Shown here piece by piece: positions 49,907 through 64,000 of a DNA stretch of 64,000 nt; position 1 is the first letter of the stretch; every line of letters begins with the position of its first letter. The stretch is from Blastocystis sp. Blastoise (lineage: Eukaryota; Protista; Bigyra: Opalinata), in contig JBBPEB010000018.1 in assembly GCA_039096225.1 (NCBI GenBank), positions 248,001 through 312,000 on the forward strand. Reading direction: 5' to 3'. Position numbers and translations under genes: made by a program. Under the pieces are notes generated by a model, which had not been told where the DNA came from, ran no database searches, and saw nothing but the letters and a program-made list of their open reading frames with translations.

Positions 49907-52111
49907 TTAAGAATTCTGTTTATTCTCGTTCGTCTTGACTTCTTCAGTTTTAGTTGCCATTTTTTCTATGTATTCCTTTCTATTCATATAAATATTTTTT
50001 TTGTTCAAATGTTCTTTGGCTCTTCTATGTTTTCTTGAGTTAATATGTTCGTTATAGTCTTTATCTCCACAGAAATCTCTTGCACATACAGTACAATAAT
50101 GATGAGTAACAGGTCTATAGAAAATAATACAAATATTCTATATTAATAAAAATGATATATATATGTATATATAACTCTTACTTGATATTCTTTTCAATCC
50201 ATTGATCACTATTTTTGATTTCTAAATTTTGAGGTGTATTTAGTAAAGAATCAACAACCTATATATTGAATAATAAAAATAATATAAAGAAAAATATATA
50301 TATATAATAATGAGTTTATAGAATAATATAATAGAGATTAGTATCTATAGAAATTGACTAGATAGTTACTTGAAGTGCGGGTTGATACACATTTTGATCC
50401 CATTGACTGATGTCTGTAGTATCTAATGATTGTATATATATATTACGTGGCATCAAACGATTTGTAATCCAAGTAATTTGTCTATACAAACATATTTGTA
50501 TAATATTAACAATATATAATATCAGAATTATAAAAAAAAACAATATAAATACTTCTTTGCATAGTTTCTAGTATTTTGTTTAAGTTGATTTAAGCAGTTT
50601 TCAATTGTTACTAATATATTAAATAGAAATATCAATAAGGATACATATAAACATTTATTTACCTTCTTTAGTACCAGTAAACGCGGGAATAAATTCTTTT
50701 AATCCTATAGCTTGCATAATACCGTGATTATTCACATCTCCATCATCTATATAGAATAATAAAAATAATAAACACAGAGATATAGCTCAATTATTTAATA
50801 GATACCAATACATATGAAATAGAATATGATAATAATTATATACCTAAGTCACCCCCTAAATCTCTATATAAATCTTTATTATTTGTAATAAAGTCTTCTA
50901 CTTCTTTTAAAAGACCTTGCTCCACCATTTTATCAACCCTATAAGAAGTATAAATTTGTTATATGTATATATATAGAAATGATATATAATAAGAATATAT
51001 TTATTATAAAAAAAGCACATTAATTATATATAATATATATATATTCTATTAAAAAGTATAGAAGCATAATATATCTATATAAATCATTACCGATCATCGA
51101 GTCGTTTATATAACGTCATTCGATCGCATGTCAAATAAAAACAACGAGCATTATAACGACTTTCTAAAGATAAAAAGCGTTTTTTCTGTTCCTCAATAAT
51201 ACTACTCTGTTTTTTCCCTATAACATATTAATGTAGAGTTTGCATAAATAATTAATAAATATTATAACAAAAGGAATAATAAACATAATAATAATATATA
51301 ATAATAAAAAAGATATCATAATCAAAATAAACATAATAAACATAATAAATATCCAAAACATAATAAACATAATAAACATAATAAACATAATAAAAACAAT
51401 AAACATAATAAAAAAATAAACATAATAAATGAAACTTACCTGTAGTTACATAGACTTCTACTGCTCGTCGAACTTTTCGTTTTTGATTCATATGAAGATT
51501 AGAAGACATTTCTGGATCCATAGTTTTTAAAATAGAATATAATTCTTCATTTGTATAATTATTTATATTATCAAGTTGATAGGGTCCTGGAATAGGAATA
51601 ATTTGCTTTTTATGAGGTTCTTCTTCATGTAATGTTCCTTCATCTAATAAAGACTCCCATAATAAACTTTGTATATAATAATTTGTTCCACCAACTACAA
51701 TTGGAAGTTTTCCTCTTGCTGTAATATCAGTTATGTAGTTTAGTTAAGAAATAAAGAGAAAAACAAATTATAGAAACACGGTATCATATATAAATATATA
51801 AAAGATATCATTTTCATAGCAGCATCACGATAATCACGAACAGTATATGTATCAGTAGGCTTTAGAAAACTTAAGAGATGATGAGGAATACCCTGAGCCT
51901 CTTCTGGAGTCACTTTAGCAGTTGCAATGGGGACAGCATCATACATTTGCATAATATCTGCATTCACTATTTCACCTCCATAATGCTTAGCCAGCTGAAC
52001 AGACAACTTTGTTTTTCCAACACCTAGATTGATTGTCAACACACTCACAACTTTTTCTTATTTACCTGTTGTTCCTATTATAAAGACAACCTTCTGCTTA
52101 GGGTAAGACAT
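49907..52111 (-). CDS. TRIT1: tRNA dimethylallyltransferase (IPPT/MiaA family) with C-terminal C2H2 zinc finger
   Basis: GTTGVGKTKLS, NADIMQMY, IPHHLLS, PIVVGGTNYYIQSLLW, QAIGLKEF, TRNYAKKQITW, and CTVC...HINSRKH. Confidence 0.93.
51735..51808 (-). other. U12-type AT-AC intron in TRIT1
   Basis: 5' ATATCTTTT, branch-like TTCTTAAC, 3' AC. Removing it restores RDAAMKM|ITDITARGKLP. Confidence 0.88.
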
Positions 52112-52629
52112 CTTAAATAATGGAATCAATAATTTATTGAATAAACTCATGAAAAAATAATTGTTTTTCTTTGATAAGTTTTAATACTTATAAAAAATGT
52201 TCTTTTTAATTTTTTATAGAGTCAATAGGACTCTGAACTATGAATAGAATATATAAACGCTGATAATATGAAAGTAATATCATGATGTGCTTTCATAAGT
52301 TAGTTATTTCTTTGAATTGATCATGGATAGTATCTTAAAATAATATGAAACAGTTATAAATAATAAATTTGCAAAATTATTTCTATTATTTATGTGTTAT
52401 TCGTACATGATTTTTAATATTATATATATTTAATTTGTGTTTTGAACAATTAAATCATTTTGACAATTTAATAAAATATAAAAGTAATGTGAAATTGATA
52501 TAAGAATAAATAGCTATTGAAAAATATAAACTCAAAAAGAAAAACACATTGAGATTTGTTGTTTACTCAACTATTCAAGTTCTTTTTGATTTATTGATTC
52601 AGATATACAGATAATAAAAATTATTACAA

Positions 52630-52703
52630 GCTCGCATAGCTCAGTCGGTCAGAGCACCGTGCTAATAACGCGGGGGTCGCCGGTTCGATCCCGGTTGTGA
52701 GCA
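52630..52703 (+). tRNA. tRNA-Ile(AAU)
   Basis: Acceptor stem GCTCGCA/TGTGAGC, D-arm GCTC..GAGC, anticodon arm CCGTG-CTAATAA-CGCGG, GGTTCGATCCC T-arm, and a downstream T5 terminator. Confidence 0.95.
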
Positions 52704-52991
52704 ATCTTTTGACAATTTATTTTTGATTTGAAATTTTCTATTTATACTTATTATTTTTGTATTTAGATTTTAATAAATGTAATTTGAAATTGTATTGATT
52801 CGGATGATGATATTTTTACTTGAAACCGATTAATCATATAAGAAAAAGAAATTGTTTAAAAAAAGAAATTGTGTTTTCAAAAAATTCCCGATTCTGTTCA
52901 TTTCCACGAAATGATATTCTTTTTTTTCCACCATTCATCCATTTGGTGTTTTTGTGTTGATTCTTAATTGTTGTTATTTCTTAGCTGTAAA

Positions 52992-55900
52992 ATGAAACTT
53001 TATTTCAAACTATTCTTGATTTGTTTTGCTATTGTAACAAGTGCATCGTCTTTACTAAGAGGAGTTGATGCTGTGAATCAAATTGTTTCCAATTCATTCC
53101 AATTAACTCCTGGTGAAGCCGTTGATTGCACAGTTAGAGTTGGTGCATATGATTATGCTAAGAAGATTATACCGGATTATGGTGAATTGTATAGTGTTTT
53201 CCTTTCTCTTAATTTAGAGGAATGTGGTTTGAAGTCTCCTAAGGAAGATCCTCATATTTCTATTCCTGAAAAAGAATGGGATGTAGAAGGTACAACACTC
53301 TATGTTGACGATAAAACAGGTAATGATACAAATAATGGTTCTTTTGAAAGTCCTTTTAAGACTATTCAATACGCTGTTAAGGCTTCTAGATTTATAGAAG
53401 GAAAGAAGGTTATTTATGTTCGTGAAGGAGAATATTATTTTTCTAAATCTATGGTTTTGACTCCTTTAGATTCTGATTTAACTATTTCTGCCTATAAGAA
53501 TGAGATTGTATCGATTACAGGTTCTAAAACAATAAAAGCTGATTGGAAACCTTATAAAACAAATGAATTTGAAGTATTTAATGGTATGAATGCTGGTTAT
53601 ACGATTCATACTACAGGATCAAAGACTCCTGGCTCAAGTATTCCTGGTAAGATGACTTATATGAATAAGACTACTACTTATGAACAATGTCAAGAAATAT
53701 GTCAAAAGGATTCTACATGTAATGCTTATTTTTGGCATGAAAGTTCTGTTACTGGTGGTTGGGCTAATATGTGTTATTCTATTCTTGATTCTGAATTTAT
53801 AACTGTAACGGATCCAGGTCATGTTTCAGGTATTAAATTAAACATATATTCTCTTGATTTATCAAATGAATCCATTACTACATTTGATCAATTATTTATA
53901 AATAATAAACGTCAAATACGTGCTCGTTATCCCAATGGGAATCCTGAATATATGGGTGGTTATACAGATCCTAGTGGATATATGGAATCTGGACAAGCTA
54001 CTTGGGGCCCTACACGTCAATTTAATGCTTCTTATGAATATCATATAAGTGAACCTTCAATACCAAATGCTTTATATAATCAATATGCTATAGGAGAAGG
54101 AGGGGTAGCTTCTTTATGGAATCCTCCTACTTCTTATTGGGCATTAAAGAAACCTGTTGGTGGAGGTGGCTGTACGTATACTATTCCTACTTCTATTACT
54201 ATTAAAGAAAAACAATGGAGTCCTAGAAAATATAATCATCCAGAAGGTGCTATTGTATGTAGTTATTTTATATTATCTATGTTATTGTTTATTTAATTTC
54301 TTGAATAATTAATGATTAATATTCATGATTATAATTATGCTGTTTGGTATATTATAAATTATATCATAGATTATATTTTGTATATCATAGATTTTATTTT
54401 GTATATCATAGATTATATTTTGTATATTATAGATTATATTTTGTATATCATAGATTATATTCTATTATATATTCTATTCTATATATTTACATGCATTCCA
54501 CAGTGGTGAATGGGGTAATTGGATGTTTGAAGTTGATTCTGCTCAGACTAATAATGGAGATATTACTCTTCATTGGACTAAAGGAGGATTCCAAGAAGCT
54601 AGAGGTAATAGCAAGGGAGGAAAGGTATACTGTTTATATATAGATATTATATTATATATTATATCTATATTATAAAATATACATTATATTTATGTTATAT
54701 TATATATTAAATATATATTTCTACCTATGCTATTATCTATTTTATATAGTTCTTTATTGAGAATGTATTTGAAGAATTAGATTCTCCTAATGAATGGTTC
54801 TTTGATACTACTACGAAACAATTATATTTCTACCCTAATGGTACTATTGATCAATATCAATCTATTCAAATACCTACTACCAAGAGACTTATTGAAGTAT
54901 ATTTATATACATAATTATTATTTATATAAAATAAAAAAAGCATTCTTTTATAGTAATACTAATTAAAATCTATCTATAGATACGTGGTACCGGCCATTAT
55001 CCTGTAAAGAATATATCTATCAGAGGTATTACCTTTAAGAATACTGATACTACTTATATGGATGTATATGAAGTACCTTCTGGAGGAGATATATCTGTTC
55101 ATAGGTATATATATTATATATATACTCTATTCACTAATTATATATATATATTTTTTATAGCTTTTAATTTCTCTATAAATATTCTATTTAATATTCTCTA
55201 TATTATATTTATAGAGGTGGAAGCTTATTTATTGAAGGTACTGAGAATGTATCTATTTTATATAATACTTTTATTAATATTGGGTCAAATGGTATCTGTT
55301 TAAGTAATTATAACTACAAAACTACTCTTTATTTTAATGATATCTCTCTTACTGGTGATAGTGGTATATTATTACTTGGAGATACTCAATTAGTCGATGC
55401 CACTCAAAAGGAACACAACGAATATATTAATATTGAACAGTATATATTTATAGTTATTATTTTAGAATAGTTTTAATACTAATAATAATCATTATATATA
55501 TATACTTTTGTTTATTCATTCTTCTTTATAGTAATATTATTCATGAGACTGGCTTATATATGAAACAATCGTCACCTATCATGATCGCTAGATCTGCTAT
55601 ATTTATTATTAATCTTATTAGTTTTTATTATTATTATAGTTTTTATTATTCGTTTTATTATAGTTTTTATTATACTAATTATAATTATAATAATAATAAT
55701 TATTATTATTATTATAATTATTATTATTATATTATAGATGACAACAATTCAAAAGAATATTTTATTTAATTGCCCAAGAGCTGGTATTCTATTTCTATAT
55801 ATATTATCATATATTCTGTTCTTATTATTTTATCTATTATCTTTATTTAAGTTACATTTGGTTTCTTTATAAGTCTCTTTCTTATATATATATATATATA

Positions 55901-56043
55901 TGTATATATATAGGTATAAATATAAATGATGGATTAGGTGGTGGTCATGATATATATAATAATGTCATGTATAACACGGTCAGAGAAACAAGTGATCATG
56001 TATATATATATATATATAATCAAATTATATTATTAATATTATT

Positions 56044-56088
<45 letters not shown>

Positions 56089-57200
56089 GTTATTAATACT
56101 TGGGATAGACTTCCTTATACTTCTTTATATAAAGATAATACACCTTCTATGTACCCTAAAATGAAGTATATATCTATTTACTTTATCTATTTATAGTATT
56201 ATAGAATTATATACATATCTCTTGTATACATATATATTATTCTATAGTACTATTCATCATAATTATTTAATAAGTAATTATCATTCTCTTTGGCCTATTG
56301 ATCATGATGATGGATCCTGCTACTGGAATGGTATATATATATATATTTAATATTTATTTTTTTAAAATTTTATTTTAATTATTTATTTCTCTATATATAT
56401 ATTGTTTTAATTCATTCATATATATATATATATATATATATAGATACATATAATGTTCTTGCTTATGGTGGTTGGAAAAACTTCTTAGGTCATTCAAAAT
56501 CTGGTATATATATACCAGTTTATTTATTATCACTATATATATATTATTTTATATTCTTTAGCTTCTTATAATCTTTATATATATCCGGATTCAAAATTAG
56601 CCAAGAGTATTAAACCTTTCTGTGCTCTTTCTCATGGAGCTGTACTCAACTCTTCAGGTATATATATATAAATATATAGTATATATTGTGTAAAATCAAA
56701 CAAATAATTATAATATATATATTATTAATTCAAGTTAAAATAGAACAAATAATTAAAATATATTATATATTATTTTTTTAGTTAATTAAAACATATAATT
56801 AAAATATATATAATTTACTATATACATAGGTTGGGATGAAGCTTATACTCATAATCGTTGTATTATTGAGTCTGCTACAATCTATGCTATGAATAAAGGA
56901 AAAACAGATCCAAGAATTAACGAACTTGTATACATATATTTTTACGAACTATTCTTTTATAATCATTTTGTTTAATGTATATTTATTAATAATTATTTCA
57001 TTTAGAATCCTGCTTCTAATAATAATATCATCTACACACCTCATACAGTTGATGAATTAAAAGTTGATTGCAACTATTCTGGTTATTATACTTCAATCAA
57101 GGATTATCAGGAATTAGGATTTGATAAAGATATTACTGTCAAACCTCTTCCTACCAACGAACAAATTGATCAATGGATGAGAGAATTATTAGAATTTTAA
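52992..57200 (+). CDS. Secreted right-handed beta-helix protein, GH141-like glycoside hydrolase with an inserted PAN/Apple-like domain
   Basis: Signal peptide; LYVD..GNDTNNGSFESPFKTIQ, QLFINNKRQIRARYPN, ENVFEELDSPNEWF, RETSDHGVINTWDR, IDHDDGS; Cys module CQEICQKDSTCNAYFWH. The family call comes from motif recall, not a database search. Confidence 0.75.
54361..54461. repeat. 21-bp minisatellite (about 5 units) in intron 1 of the GH141-like gene
   Basis: The unit ATATCATAGATTATATTTTGT is repeated with few substitutions. Confidence 0.85.
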
Positions 57201-57584
57201 TTCCTCTTCTGTTCCTAAGATATAAATCACATTATAGAATTTATGAAAATTGTTTTGATCACTGTCTCGTTTTGTTTTTAAATTTTTATTTTAAATTTTT
57301 TTTTGAACTCTAAGCGATTAAAACTAAGAGTGCTTACTTTATATGCTCATCTAAATAGAAAATTGATTGAATATAATGTAAATATTGTGATAAATCCTAT
57401 ACAAAACACATTTTTTCATGAAAACAAAAGCAAAGCCACAATTCAAAATCTTAATTTGTTTCAACCATAAATGAGGATTTTCAGGGTTTTTTGCTATTTC
57501 TTTAAAATTCTATGGAAAAACAATTTTAACGAACCATTCAAGATTTAAATATTTTTATATCTTATTCTAATTAGGAAGATTAAT

Positions 57585-63384
<5,800 letters not shown>

Positions 63385-64000
63385 AGGGTATTAGAAGGAT
63401 TATATATATGTCTCGTTATTATATATATTTATATTTATAATTATTATTATAATTTTCAATTTCTTGTTTCTATGATTTCTACAAGTCTATCTTTTTATTC
63501 TTTCATTATACGTAGTATATATATATGTAATTATATATATTTTTATATATTTACTGTTAGCTTTTTATATCAAAAATATTAACAAATTCTTACAAAAATT
63601 TCATCTTTAAAAAAAAAAAAATCATATTCTTTTCATATTTCCTTTTCTTTATTATATTATTTTATTAATATCTCATAAATTCTGCTTTTTCTTGGATATC
63701 TTCCTTTGAAGATATTTCTATCTGTTTCAATATTTATATTTATTTCATATTTATTTCATATTTTTTCATATTTATTATCAAATTCATATATATATATTTC
63801 TATGATTTTTTTTATAGATTTATATTTTTATATTAATTATTTTTTTTGAACAATTTAATTTGTTTTCATTTTATTGTTTTTTTTTGTTTCTTGTTTTATT
63901 ATATATATATATATCTTTATATTTAATTTATACTTTTTATTTGGATTATATTTATCCTTGGTCTATATATATATGTATATATATATAATAGTATCAATTC

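Noticed and set aside
52111-52703. Functional link between TRIT1 and the adjacent tRNA gene
   Set aside because: tRNA-Ile(AAU) has U36, so it is not an A36-A37-A38 substrate for i6A37; the adjacency is probably coincidental.

Overview
Very AT-rich, intron-dense eukaryotic nuclear DNA with the standard genetic code. It most resembles a Blastocystis-like stramenopile; this is inferred from the large putative-Ig-domain surface-protein family, ~36-44 nt mini-introns and U12-type introns. Most short ORFs in the track are artefacts of (TA)n/(TTA)n intronic microsatellites. Genes reconstructed by hand-splicing, in order: 3' end of an ABCC/MRP transporter; RRM+RS splicing factor; an unlisted 56-aa membrane microprotein; Asn-rich tandem-CCCH (TIS11-like) protein; ISWI remodeller; full-length ABCA transporter; tubulin cofactor E; a giant Ig-like/discoidin surface protein; cytosolic HSP70; RPS26; tRNA dimethylallyltransferase; tRNA-Ile(AAU); a secreted GH141-like beta-helix enzyme; and a second Ig-like/discoidin surface protein. 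The most notable unexplained signals are: (1) a GC-rich quasi-palindrome TTCCC-RY-GGGAA recurring every few kb, often inside exons against the codon bias; (2) a spliced, apparently folded ~500-bp non-coding locus; (3) a non-autonomous hAT-like element with an 8-bp TSD just upstream of TBCE; (4) two U12-type AT-start introns; and (5) self-complementary GTATATA...TATATAG intron ends, together with several non-canonical junctions.
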